Shown here in pieces: positions 11,757-24,735 of a stretch of DNA of 64,000 bases. The stretch comes from Azolla caroliniana. Its lineage: Eukaryota; Plantae; Polypodiophyta. The stretch covers positions 7,440,001-7,504,000 of the forward strand of contig JBHGNT010000020.1 of NCBI GenBank assembly GCA_043228905.1, written 5' to 3'. The position numbers and the translations under genes were made by a program. Below the pieces are notes generated by a model that was given only the letters and a program-made list of their open reading frames with translations, was not told the DNA's origin and made no database searches. Position 1 is the first letter of the stretch. Every line of letters begins with the position of its first letter.

Positions 11757-12197
11757 GCATGCTCCCTCCTCAACCATCTTATTTACTTCTACAATGTCCC
11801 TTTGAATAAAATCCCCAAGATTCAACACAATGACAATGTCATGCACAACAACATAGTGATTAATCAATTGTTTGGTCATTCTTCAACTTTAGTTTTGCAA
11901 AAAAAAAACTTTATCTCTTTATGTTTTTAAATAACTTTATGAAATGAAGTCATGTTGAATCATTCATGTAGGTGTGCATGCTCCCTCCTCAACCATCTTA
12001 TTTACTTCTACAATGTCCCTTTGAATAAAATCCCCAAGATTCAACACAATGACAATGTCATGCACAACAACATAGTGATTAATCAATTGTTTGGTCATTC
12101 TTCAACTTTAGTTTTGCAAAAAAAAAACTTTATCTCTTTATGTTTTTAAATAACTTTATGAAATGAAGTCATGTTGAATCATTCATGTAGGTGTGCA
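11757..12197. repeat. 219-bp direct tandem duplication (x2)
   Basis: 11757-11975 is essentially identical to 11976-12194; GCA microhomology at the junction. Confidence 0.95.
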
Positions 12198-12264
12198 ACG
12201 CCTACGTTGTCCATTGTGTGGTGGTGGAAATTTATGATGTGGCATCAACTTGGCTAGTGGATGG

Positions 12265-12845
12265 TGTTAGATAACATGTCCCTCTAGATGGGAAGAAGAG
12301 AATGAACCAAATTGGGTGGAGTAAGTAGGTAATTCGGCTGAGGTCGATAGGCCTCGGTCAAAAACGAAAAATCGACAAATCGAATAATCAATTTAATAGC
12401 CAATTCGGGAGGTTATATTTGTAAATAGTCTGAATGTGCCCATTGGGACTATATTTGTAAATAGCCCTGAAAGTTGTATTAGTATAAATTCAACTAGGGC
12501 AAACCTTATGAGTAGTTCTAGTATAACCATTATAGTTGTAACAAGTTACAGTGAGTAGTTGCCTTTGTAACTAGTAAAAGTGGGAGTAGTAACTTTGTCC
12601 ACGTCTATTAGACGAAGACGAGCTCGAGGTTGTTGCCTTCGAGTCTCCTTGTACTCCTCTCTGTACACTTAGTGATTTGTTTCTTGGGGTTTGTGGACCC
12701 CCGTGGTTTTTCCCTTTCGGGTTTTCCACCTAAAACATTTTGCGTCTCTGTTCTCTAATTTCTACTTTGTCTGTGTTCTGTCGACTTGTTCTTTGCACCC
12801 TAGTACGGAAGTGTAAACCGGTTGTGGACGGCTACAATCCTAATA
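12265..12845 (+). mobile_element. Old solo LTR related to the B-family LTR
   Basis: Start TGTTAGATAACATGTCCCTCTAGATGGGAAG resembles the B LTR start; shared blocks TATATTTGTAAATAG, TAGGGCAAAC, CCGTGGTTTTTCCC..GGGTTTTCCAC; flanks GATGG/AATGG (4/5 TSD match). Confidence 0.8.
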
Positions 12846-14054
12846 AATGGTTTAATAGAAAGGTTTTTAGAAGAATGCCCTCTATGTTTCAAATAGCTCT
12901 GGTTTATCAATTGCATATAATTGTGTGCTATGGAGTGTTGTGTTGGTGTATTTTTGTTCATGATAAGTGTACCCTATGGGGGGTGCAGGCTTGTGTATGT
13001 TTGGGGATCTAGGGGGGACACGGTTATGTTGTTTTGTTGACTAGAATGTTGGCTTGCCTTGTGTATGGAGGCATAGGGGAGCAATGTTGTGGTTAAAGTA
13101 TGGGGATGAGTGGGAGCTGAAAACATAGTAGCTAACTATATGGTAGGTTGTGTCTAGGAATTTTGTGTTCATTAAGGTAGAATTGATTTGGGATGTGTGA
13201 TAGACTATCTATATTTTGAGGTCTAGTAGATTGAGGGCATAAAGTTCAAGGGCATTGGTAGGGGTAGGGGTTGTACCATTGAAATATATCAACAAAGGAG
13301 AGTAAAGGACTCTATTATGTATAAGGGTGGATGATGGGAACGAAGTACAACTTTTATTATTTATATTGGTGACATGATAATCTCTAGAAGAAGTATTGTT
13401 AGGGTTTGTAAGAGTAAATTTTAGGCCAATATTGGTTGTAGTATTATAACTAAATTTAGGTGGTGATGTGGGGGCTGAACCATCTTGCATTTTCATCATT
13501 GTTATGAAATCTTGGGCCATGATAGTTTGATATAGAAGTTGTAGTCAATTGTGCGTAGGCATCCTCACAAGTTAAGCAACAATAGCTTCTAATTTCCTTT
13601 TGAGACTAAAGGATGGATGTTTTAAGCTTGGTATTTTAGCATGATGGGATAGATTAAGCATGTGCATTAGTCTATTGCTACCAAACTCTACAAGTTGATG
13701 AACTTCACCAAATCAGAGAAATCAAGCTTGGTCGTGATTCTGTTTTAGAGGGTTCTCATGACTTTGAGTAGTATGGGAAACTTATAAATAAACTAGTAGT
13801 TTTTGGAATTTCTTCTTCAACGTGGCTAAGGTACAACAATAAAAATACTAGTAGATAATGTTATTCTAACAAAGCTTTGACAACAAGATAAAACAACTTC
13901 CATACTTCCAGTGACATCATCTTCCTTCAAGTATACCCATTTGTAGGCCAGAAGGCTAAGTAGAGAAATGAGATGGTTCACACAATATCATTTGGAGGTG
14001 TGTGAGGGACAACTTGGTATACGTCGCCATCACAAAAATTATGTGACATATACC

Positions 14055-14465
14055 AAGTTGGCCACTTCATCTATTGTGTTGGTTCATTTAGTGATTGTTA
14101 CGCTAGTACCCATGTATGATAGTCATTCAACTTTGTTGATGATGCATCTCATTCTAATTTGGCTAAGAGAGTGCTTTGCAATTAGATCTTTTCCTCCACC
14201 ATAGTTTTTATTACTTCCTACTAGTCCTCAAATCTAGATTTTCATGATAAATTGGACAAAGTTGGCCACTTCATCTATTGTGTTGGTTCATTTAGTGATT
14301 GTTGCACTAGTACCCATGTATGATAGTCATTCAACTTTGTTGATGATGCATTTCATCAATTCTAATTTGGCTAAGAGAGTGCTTTGCAATTAGATCTTTT
14401 CCTCCACCATAGTTTTTATTACTTCCTACTAGTCCTCAAATCTACATTTTCATGATAAATTGGAC
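14055..14465. repeat. ~204-bp direct tandem duplication (x2)
   Basis: AAGTTGGCCACTTCATCTATTG... at 14055 and 14259, near-identical. Confidence 0.93.
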
Positions 14466-15879
14466 TTCCATTAGTCAATCTCTTATTTAACTGTTTTGAG
14501 TTCTAGGAATAGCTCTTGCCCATATGATCTTAAGGTGTCAAGATAATTTTCTTCAATAACATATTTAAGGGTGATAGTGGCAAATGTGTTCTGTGACCTT
14601 CATCTATCTCTTCTATGCCAACATTGAAGTCCAAGTCTTGTATTTCCCTAGGGCAAACTAACCTTAGTAATTCTTATTTTTCTCTACCTAGATATTCTCT
14701 TTGTCATGTTCAAGAAAGTGTTTATGTTTATTCCTAAACATGTAGATCTATTTAAACATCTCATTACCAGTTTTGAGGTTCTTTCATGTGACAAGACAAC
14801 TCTTGATGAATAGTCCTCTAATGCCTTCTATTAGATTAACCCTCAAGACAAAGTACTATTAGTTACCTAACCTCTCTAACTGATGCACCTCATTACTTAA
14901 GTTAATATATGAGCAATTCAAAGATAGTCAAGAAAATCCACATTTCAACTGAGTTCTAAACTCAGATTAATGACTATCCCAGTAACAGAGTACTACTTGA
15001 GCCATTCACATAGCATATACTTTCACCTTACTCTAGGTAGCACACTACACTATCTATATAAGAATAACAAAAAGAACGAAAGAGAATTATGAAAGATGGA
15101 TGCATAATAAAGGTAGCAGAACTTGATTACATCCTCATTTTCTTGCTTCATACATTTCAAATCCATGTTTTGGATGGTTTAGGTTAGCTTTTTCAATCTT
15201 CCCACCAACCTCTTTCGTGGTTGTTGGCCGTCTCAAAACTACATTTCTTTACATGTCTCCCTGTTGGACAACTAATAATCCAAAATGGTGATATGTGATC
15301 CTAAGAGTATTCCAAGCTTAGGAAAGGAGTTGCTAAATCTCAACTCCAAGTGGATTAATTTAAATGAGGTTGGACACACAAAAGATGTTCCACATATAGC
15401 AGACTTGAAACCAACTAATTTAAATGAAACAAGAAAACATAAATCAATAAAGATACAATATAAGGTCGATGAGATTGGAGATCTAACTTGATCCCATCAC
15501 TGAAAACATGAAATCACTAAGGCTTTGAGCATCCCCATAGTTCTATACATTACCAGGGAAGCCCAAATCAACAGCCAAACCTTTAAATGCCTCCTCTTAC
15601 AATGTGTTAACCTTTCAAATCGGAAAGGAATAAACAGGAAATACACGAACTTGTTCCACCTAAACCCACCAGCTCAATCTGTATGGAAATCCGTTTCACA
15701 GAAATCTCCCTGCTAGGAGTTTTGGCTATTTGTATAGAAATTCAGTAATGATCCTACATGATCCAATTACCTTGTCAAAGAATGCAATGACAAACTATGT
15801 ACAAAAATGAACTTTGAGTTATCAAAGAATCCGTATTTGAATAGTCATAACCAAAGTAAATACAGTACGCTCCCAGATA

Positions 15880-15893
15880 TCACGGGACAATTT
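15880..15893 (-). CDS. G3Pp-like transporter, short terminal coding exon (EIVP*)
   Basis: Preceded on the minus strand by branch-like CTAAC, a pyrimidine tract and TTTGCAG; 97-bp GT-AG intron 15990-15894; total CDS 1725 nt, in frame. Confidence 0.7.
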
Positions 15894-15990
15894 CTGCAAA
15901 GCAGCAGAAACACAGTTAGCACATTTCGTTAACATTTAACCAATGGAAGGCCCTAGACGGAATTCTAGGTACATGAAAAAATACACAAAC

Positions 15991-16545
15991 CTCGAAGTTC
16001 TTGTTCATCGGCTTCTGATAGAGTAACACCTCGGTACAAGTTGACTTTCTCAACAACTTCAGCCACTGCCAACTTCAATAGAAACAATCCACCAACCAAC
16101 GAAGATATCGCAAGCATCATAAACACAGCATTCCAGCTTTGAACAGAAACATATCCAGTTAAGAAGGGTCCTATGGCAGCACCAACTGAGCCTGTGCCAT
16201 CAATTATAGCTGTCACAGTGGCCAAAGCTCTTCCATTTCCCTTTAAAGAGCTATGAGTGCCGAGATCTGCCGAGACTGCTGTTGTGATGAGTGCATAAGG
16301 TCCGTTCACAAATATACCCGAGATGATCATTAAGCCTACTGTATGAAGTAACGATACACCCCCATAAATGCGAAAAAGATATAAGGATGGTACAGCACAA
16401 TACACTAAAACCACAGCAATTATCGCATTGACATTGTATTTATCGGAAAGATGGCCGGCCATAATTCCACCAATTACTCCTCCAATGTCAAATATTGTTG
16501 ATAGGTAACCTGCCATCTTATCAGAAGGGCGTTGTCCTGCAATAC
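15991..16545 (-). CDS. G3Pp-like MFS (OPA/SLC37) transporter, coding exon 2
   Basis: Acceptor CTCTGCAG at 16546; splice gives [25 protein letters not shown]; motifs [16 protein letters not shown] and [15 protein letters not shown] typical of plant G3Pp. Confidence 0.95.
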
Positions 16546-16849
16546 CTGCAGAGTAATAATATTAGAGTCTGAGAACTTGTGTATAGTCTAACTTCTTGAT
16601 TGTAGAGATTTCTAAATCCTCATGCAAACTCTTCATACCGTATTGAACATATATTGTTTTCCCGAACAACGGAAAGAGAAAATTTTCTCCAATTTTGCAT
16701 TTTGCCCATTCATAATAGATGACAGATATCTAGAATGTACATGCCTTCAATGCTGTACAGCAGAGGTTCTTCTAAATACAATAGACTAGAGTATTTATGT
16801 GAGCAATGGAACTAGAAACAAAAGACGGTTTACAACCATCTTATTTGTA

Positions 16850-17890
16850 TGCCAGTAGTAATTTAGGACACTTGACTTATAGCACAACCGTTATACTGTT
16901 GTTTTGTAGATTTGTAGATTTCACAAAGTCTTTCAGTACAATCCCAAGTGCAGCATTATGGAAAAGAACTGACAATTTTGGATTATTGACACTCATAAAA
17001 GTAACGGTGACCCAGTGATAGCAGAGACTATGATGCAGGTTGAAGATGAATGAAGATTTTCTAGAGAGTTCATGAGCATGATAGGAATGAAACTAGGATG
17101 CCCTCTATCTCCTACTCTACTTAATCTATTTATTGACCAACTAGAAGGGTTCATCCAAGAAGCCTTTGGAGAACCTAAGTAAAAACCATCCATTAAGACG
17201 TTTTTAGTATTGCTTCCGATTAATGCAGGCATTGCACCTTTGGCATATTCTCAGCCAAGACTGCCAAAACTTTGAAATACATGAGATACTGTGTCAACAT
17301 AGTGACCTAGCAATCAAATCTGAAGGTCACCGGCAAGTGATGTAGTAGAAGAGGAGGCAATTGAAATGTGGTTCATAGTTTCAAATACCTTGGAGTAGAC
17401 ATACCAAAACACTTGGAGCTGGCGTGTGATTAGGAAAATGGAACATGTGCTACTTTAATCTCAAAGTCAAATACCCAGTACTACGAATTTCAGGGACATG
17501 TGCGATTTGAGTGCACCCCAAAGCAGGAGATTAGAGCCACAGATTAGAGTGGTGGAAACTTGCTTAATTGAGTGAGGTTTGGGAGGTAGTATTTCCACTA
17601 ATTCATGGAATGGAATCGAGAAAACACAAAAGAAAATGTGATGACACCATTCAGGGGTTAACAGCAGAGCCCCATGCTCTGTAATGCTTCTAGAAACTGG
17701 AAGAAGGCCAAGAGTTTTATGCCTTTGTAAGTGTTTACACATTCAAAGGACTGCCTTGAAAGCTTATTGCCGAGGCTGCATCCGAAATTGTATCGTTACA
17801 CAGAAAAGCCACAAAAAAGCTATTGTTATTATCCAGCTGGGTTTAACACATCCCAAATTGTTTGCAAGACAACATATTGAAGACATAGCA
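16850..17890 (+). mobile_element. Decayed LINE (RTE-like) RT fragment in the G3Pp intron
   Basis: Translation IGMKLGCPLSPTLLNLFIDQL (~17080-17145) resembles GVKQGCPLSPxLF; FKYLG-like motif near 17380. Confidence 0.7.
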
Positions 17891-18763
17891 TTTATAACGA
17901 AGTAAAAGATAGAATGACAGTTTCTGAAATATCTAAATGTGGAGATATAGAAACTAAAAACTATCGTGGGGTTTAACACAGACAGAAGATTAAAGAAAGC
18001 AAAAACAGTTCTACGAAACAAACACACACATATGTATATGTGCTATTCAAGATACATAGAATATGCCCTTAGAAGAAGAACTTTAAATGTTGATGGGACA
18101 GCTAAGTCATGGTCTCATAAATACCTATTTAATGCTGAGTTAAAATCTTGACCAAGGATGCCATTCAGTATACAAAATATTCTTTAAAAGTTGTATTACA
18201 GTTCGGAAAACTAGACTGTACACTCTTAACAAAAATAAAAAAATATTACATTATATACACACATTTAGCTAGTTTAATAGGAGCAACCTAAGGGCCTTTG
18301 ATCTCAACAACCTCCCACTTAAAGTTGTTGGAGGTTGGCCGCTCCAGACCTGCATTGTCTTTCATCTTTATTATCTCTCTTTTATATTCTAGATTCTTCT
18401 CTCTCTAGAATCTGCAACTCTTTAAATGGCTTCTCTCTAGAATGTGCAACGCTTTAAATGCCTTCTCTCTCTTCCACTTTTTCCAAGATATTCCCTCTTA
18501 TTCCCAGTTTATTGTACCTGTTTAGTAGTACAAGAGTCACTTAACTACCAAACAACCATTTCACCCACTTTCCCTAGTTTTGTATAAATAGGCTATACCA
18601 GCCTCTTTTGTAAAGACTTTTATTTTTGTTGCTAACATGCACTACTCTTTACAAACATTTTTTCTATTGCTATCTAACAGCCTTCTCACAGCTTGGCTGT
18701 GTCAATTTTGTTCCAACAACTATGTGTCAATTTTGTTCCAACAACTATTCCGCTGTTGCTATT

Positions 18764-19401
18764 TGATGGAGAGAGATAGAAAAAAGATAGAGAAAAGAAG
18801 AAGAAGAGAAAGGAATACTTTAATATACTATTAGGAAAACAGTACCATCTTCTTAGACTCCAAAAGTAACAACCCCAAAGAACTACCTTAATCTCAATGA
18901 CACTAATTCATAATAGTCTTTCCTTCTTCTTTCTTTCTTCTAATAAGACTCCTATAACTTCTTCTAGCCTTCTTATTCTTCCCTCCTAATTGCTAAGAAT
19001 ACCCTCCTATTTATAGATTTTTAGTTGCATTATTCTTGCTTTTTTCTTTTCTTTTCTTTTTACATATCCTCGAGTTTATGTGAGGTGTTTTCTTATATCA
19101 CTATTTCTGCTTTGTCATCCAAATTTGTCATACAAGAAAGCTCTCTTCGTCAACTTTCTTATGAATCTTTTCTTTTGAAATTTGGATATGAGATAAAGAA
19201 GGTATGAGCTTTTATCTCTACCTTGCTTTTTTTGCCTTTACCTACATCTTTTATTCTTTCTCTTTTTTCTTGCTTTTTCTACTTTTGAAAAACGCCTCTA
19301 ACTTTATATCCCGTCAAGTTCCTTCGTGTTTTATCCTTATACACCTTAGCATCTAATGTATTTTCCACAGTCTTTTCTTACAAGCAAAAATTGACTTCAC
19401 A
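18764..19401 (+). mobile_element. Solo-LTR-like insertion, same family as 54533-55148
   Basis: TG...TTGACTTCACA ends; shares TATTTATAG, CGCCTCTAACTT and the terminal block with 54533-55148; flanks TATT/TCTT. Confidence 0.6.
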
Positions 19402-19655
19402 TCTTGCTCGTTGAACGAACCATTTATGGTGAGCCTAAAAAAGAAAAAAAAACTCCTTCGCCTAATGGTAGGCTATAGACAAAGAAGGAATATAAATACT
19501 AAAAATATAACAAATTATTGTGTGAGAAAAAACCCTCATTACATAGTAGGAAACAAATCTCACATTCCTAGACACACACACCCACACAAACACCTTGACA
19601 ATTGTCATCACCATCTTCCTCCTTGTCAACACAAAGAAAGAGGTTACCAAAATTA

Positions 19656-19850
19656 TTATGTCTTCGTCAACTCTCCAAACACAAGTAGGGCCATGCGATA
19701 CATAACTCTTGATAGAAGTAAGCATGTTAACATATGAATAAACCTTTCAAGCGAACAAACTTTTTGCACAAATACCTTCAAAGTTATGAGACTTGTTGGA
19801 GTTGTGACCTTTTGAATTACTTCGATCTTTGCTTCATCACATGGTATCAA
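19656..19850 (-). pseudogene. Gypsy RT fragment
   Basis: IPCDEAKIEVIQKVTTPTSLITLKVFV matches the D..K+..I....P....L+.F pattern of the gypsy RT C-terminus. Confidence 0.55.
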
Positions 19851-20120
19851 AGCAGTGAGGTCTCCATATCCTTAGCCTGATTTTTTTTGCCAAAGAGCAC
19901 ACAGACCTATCTTCTTTTATCCCTCTTAGCAACCACCATCCCAACCTACAAAGGAGGTTCTTTTTTCTTTTCCCCTCATCTAATCCTCGCCTAGCATCTA
20001 GGAAGGAGTAGAAAGACCCTGAGCATCTACTTACAGCTACTGCAAATTGTCCAGCTCTTGTATGCAAGATATACAATCAGGCTTTTTACGCCCTTTACGA
20101 CCACACTAAAAGCAAGTGAT

Positions 20121-20813
20121 TTATTTCCCCTTGCTTTTGTTTCTGGACTTTTGTATTGATGTTTTTTTTGTTGCAGCTCTCCCTCTTGTTATGTTATGAG
20201 GACTAGAAGACTCCACACTTGCTTTTTCACTAATTTCTGCATTAGGTATTGCTCTTCTAACTCCATCAAATGTAGGACTTCCACTATTTGAAAGTGAAAC
20301 TATAAGAGCCTCCCATGTTTCAGGCAATATTGTGAGTAAGAAGATTGCCTTCATTTTGTTATTGAAAATTTGCAATCCCACATATTGAAGTTGATTGAGT
20401 AGAAGATTGAATGTTGAAATGTGTTCAGCTGCAAACTTGGCATCTTCAAGTCCTGCAACCATGAGCCTTCTCGTCAAGTGAACTTGATTCACTGTAGTGG
20501 TTGACTCATACATAGTCTTCAGTTTGCACCACATCTCATGACCAATAGTCAGCCCCTTAATATTTCCTAAATCTTCATCTGACACTCCCATGTAAATGTA
20601 GGCAGTTTCCTTACAATTGAGCAGGTTCCAAATTGTGTCATCCATACCAGCTGATTTGTTTCCCTCCAATGCTTCTACACATCCTTGTAAGTAAAGTGTG
20701 CTTACCATTCTAACATTCCATAAGTTGAATCCACTCCCATCAAATTTCCTGAATTGTACCTCAACATTGACTGATGTATTTTGCATGGTAAAAGAAGGAA
20801 TACCGAACAACAT
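20121..20813 (-). pseudogene. copia gag of element H
   Basis: KFDGSGFNLWNVRM...HEMWCKLKTMY...LLTILPETWEALIVSL (UBN2/Retrotran_gag-like). Confidence 0.85.
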
Positions 20814-21399
20814 GAAAACAAAACTCCCACTTATTCAATGTGGAAGACTAAGCAATGGAGATTCTAAATGAATGCAATGCTCACTTTGATACTAGTTGCA
20901 ACAAACCAGAAGATAGAATGACAGTTTTCTAAAATATCCAAAGGCAGAGATATAGAAACTAAAAACAATTGTGGGGTTTAACTCATATAAGAGATTAAAG
21001 AAAACAAAAGCCCGCCACTTAAAAAAAAGTAAAAGGTAGGAGTGCACACATATATGTGTTATTCAAAATACATAGAATATGTTCTTAGAAGAACAGCTAT
21101 AAATGCTGATAGGATAGCTAAGTGTTGGCTTCATAAATACCTATTTAATGCTGAGTGGGAATTTTGTCCAAGGATCCCATTCCATAGACAGAACATTCTT
21201 TTAGAAGTTGCAGTACAGTTATGAAAACGAAACTGTACAAAAATCAGAAAAATATCAAATTATATAGAAACATTTTACTAGTTTAATAGGAGCAACCTAA
21301 GGCCCTGTGATCCCAACAGCATCTACTGTTCTGCTGTTCTAGCATTTTACTTTGTAACAATTGCTGGTCCCCTCTTTACAAGTTGGAAAAGCATATGAT

Positions 21400-22200
21400 C
21401 AAATTAATTGATGAATAAGTGAACACTTCATCTATCCTCCTGAGACCTTAGTCCCTCTTCTTGTATATGTCTTTGGTAGAGCTATGTATGAAGGCTTCCC
21501 TACTAGCTGGACAGAACATAACATTGCACCAATTTTCTAGATTGGAGACCCCATGATACCCGACAACTATGGGACAGTCATTATTGTGCATAACTTGCTC
21601 AAACTATATGGCTCGACCCTATATTCAGGAACGCATGTATGGGCAGAGAAAATGGCTGCCCCACAGCCAAATAGGTTTCCAAAAGGGGTTCACTGCTATG
21701 GATCCACTGTAGCCCTTATTGAGGAAGGGCAGGTCCATAAAAAGGAGAATCTACTGTTGTTTTGTGGATTTCTATATAAGGCCTTCAATACTGTACCACA
21801 CGCTCAGCTAAGGCAATTACAAGAGGCCCTTTTAGGTCAGGTAAATATGCAATGACCAGAGGCCCTTGAGTGCCCTTGAGTGCCCTTGAGAGAGAATGAG
21901 GACATGCACAATTTCAAGAATCACAAACAAAATTGTGGTGATTTAATACACTCTTAATACCCAACTGCTCTCTACAGGGTAGAAATTTGGGGACTGGGCC
22001 TTCATAGGGCAGAAAACTGAAGAGATTAGGAGACCTTTAGTCTCCACGATTGCCCACATGATAAGGAGCAAAGAATCATCCCACAATGATATAATTCAGG
22101 CTCAGATGGAAGCAAGTCAGGGCTTGGGTGCTATTCCAATCAGTGACTCCAAAGATAATCTTGTTGGCTGACACACAAGAATAGTTCTAGTCACATGGAA
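21400..22200 (+). mobile_element. Decayed LINE (RTE-like) RT N-part fragment in the G3Pp intron
   Basis: WTEHNIAPIF*IGDPMIPDNY...KLY...KAFNTVPH resembles LINE RT motifs (PIxKxGD..NYR, DFxKAFDxV). Confidence 0.7.
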
Positions 22201-23305
22201 TAAATATAAATGCACTATTCTCACTCATTCCAATATAACTTGGATTATCCCCACTTTGACAAGACCAAAAGGTAACATCCACAGAACCTCAATTCTCCCG
22301 TTGGGAGGCTGCATGTGCTTGACTTTCTATGGGTGTGTAGCCATTAGTGCCTTTGAGAGACAATGTAGACATATACGATTCTAAAAACCACAAGAAAAAT
22401 TGTGGTTGTTTAAAATAGAGAGATTTGGAGATCCCTTTGGTCTCCATAATAAGGAGCAAAGTATCAGAACCCAAACATATAATCGGTAAGTTCTATTCTG
22501 ATCGATAGATTTGGACAAATAATGTCTCACAATAAGTTTCTATTTGTACATACGTCATCAAATGGAATTATCCCCCAGATCACTTATATGGATAAGCATC
22601 CCCCATGTGCCCGAAAGTGTGATAAGCAGTTCAGGGCCTTTACATTCAGAGAGTTTTGAGAGAGGCGGATACACATAAATCTGTAGAGGAATAGATATAC
22701 CAATCGCCCATGAGGAGGAGGAATCAGAGAGAACATTATGTTTTTTGCCCTGGTGTCTTTTATGAAATAAGGAGACGTCACTGCACTTTGTAAAACCTAC
22801 TGGTCCACCCTGTTATGGGATATGAAGGATAACAAAATGACTCTTAGTGAAAATCTTGTGGGATAGCCAACACATATTAGCCAGTTTTACTAATTTATTT
22901 ATTTTGGTTTGCTGTCGTTCAAGACAGCAGAGCGTCTTTAGATTTAATCTCTTGATCAGTCTCATAGGCCATTGTGGCCTCCTATGACCATCAATAATTT
23001 TTTCTTTGTTTCTTTCTCACAGTCCTATCAGCTGCTGAGGTAGCTTCCAAAGTCTTAGCTAACTTTATAGTTTCAGAATAAGCTCAAAAACAAATTTAAT
23101 TGTGGTTATGCATGTACATAAGTATGTCCATAGATACACAACCTTACTGGATTCATGATTTATAGCAGCATATAATGGACTGTATACAAACAAATTAAAA
23201 TATTATAACACAAACAGAATGCTTATGGTGCCATAAAAATTATCCTTACGTGTTATAAAAAGACATAGACTAGATATAAAAGAATGAAAACCTTACATCA
23301 CTAAC

Positions 23306-24461
23306 CAGTATGCTTTATATAGAAAGGGAGCCAGAAAAGGAATGTGTACGCCACCAGCTTGACAAAGAATAAGCAGAAAGCATATTGTGCTACTCCAGGT
23401 ATACACCAAGCTTCAGCAAAACCTATTGCAACACCATAATCAGCAACATATGAAGGAACCTCACCATGGTCCTCTGTGGTCCTTAACTCGTGTGATTTCT
23501 CATCAAGTGATTCATGAATATCCCAATCTACCCCAAACGAGATTGGAACTTCAACATTTCTAATGGATGATGTATCCTCTACATCTGTGACTACATTTGT
23601 CCCTGTTGTGATATGTACATCAGTCAGCAAAAAATCTCGTTCTTCGTCATCTAAAGTTGCACTATGTTGATCAACCTCATGAGGCGATGGGAGGCCCAAA
23701 CAAGCTGGTTCTACTATCAGAAAGAGAAATATAAACACTCCAAAAATGATGATAGCAAGTGCAGGAAACACAAATGACCATCCCCAACCATATTGGAGGG
23801 CAGATGCCGCAACAATGGACCCAGCAATGTTTCCTACAGAAGCATGTGCATTCCATATACCCATGATAAGACCTCTCTTAGTCTTTCCAAACCAATTTCC
23901 AACAACCGCCACAACTGATGGCCATCCAATGGCCGAAAGAAGACCTGTGAAGACTTGTACAAGGAAATAATATGGAAAAGAATGGATATTCCACCAATAA
24001 CCCATGCCAAATAAAAAAACAAATGCACCACTGCCCACCATTCCATATGCGAGAAATTTTCTTAGATCAATACGATCTCCAAGTCGACCCGCAAAATACA
24101 TACCAACTGCATATGACGCCAAAAAAGCGACATCAACCTCACCAAGGCGGGCCGCGCCAAGAGGCCCATCAAAAGGGGGCCACCCTACTATCAATGGGAT
24201 GTTGAAAGCTGGAGATGGGGCTAATAACGATCCCACTTGTGATGCTGGGTTAATGTCTACAGAATTACTTCCATCTGGATCCAATACACTCTTCACAATG
24301 CTCAATGGCTTTCTGGAGGCATGAAAGCAAGCATATGCAATGAAAGTAAGGAATAGAACAAGTGATCTGTGTTCATGCAGACTAAAATCTTTCTTGAAGA
24401 GTTTCCAAGCAAGATAGATTCCGAGGGGTAAATTGCGCTTATTCATGATCATCCCAACCAT
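23306..24461 (-). CDS. G3Pp-like glycerol-3-phosphate/phosphate MFS transporter, coding exon 1
   Basis: LTFIAYACFHASRKPLSIVKS, GWPSVVAVVGNWFGKTKRGLIMGIWNAHASVGNI, LFFVKLVAYTFLFWLPFYI; GTTAG donor at 23305. Confidence 0.96.
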
Positions 24462-24621
24462 GGGAATGTTATTATTAGTCTGCAGAGACTAGGGTAAAAG
24501 ACAGTATCCGTCATGGCTGTGCGTGGATCCAACCTTAGACTAGTAGATCGGACATGTCTGACTGTCTGTGTAAGCCCAACCTTCGAGGGGCTCTTCGTTG
24601 ATGGCTTTGGAACTCTACTGA

Positions 24622-24735
24622 ATGAAATGTATGTATGTATGTATTTTGTATATGTATAACAGTATATGTATGTATGTATGTATTTGTATTTTGTATATGT
24701 ATATCAATATGTATGTATGTATAATGTATTGTATG
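24622..24735. repeat. (TATG)n-type degenerate microsatellite
   Basis: Repeated GTAT/TATG tracts. Confidence 0.8.

Larger units (their letters stand above)
17893..21318 (-). mobile_element. Old non-autonomous copia H (LTR-PBS-gag...PPT-LTR) in the G3Pp intron
   Basis: Diverged direct repeats 17893-18309 and 20897-21318; flanks GCATT/GCATC; decayed PBS TAGTATCAAAG (minus, ~20884-20894); PPT AAGTGGGAGGT (minus, 18310-18320); gag ORF. Confidence 0.85.

Noticed and set aside
12900-15700. Short ORFs such as 13209..13520 as genes
   Set aside because: No recognisable domain; looks like heavily decayed TE sequence
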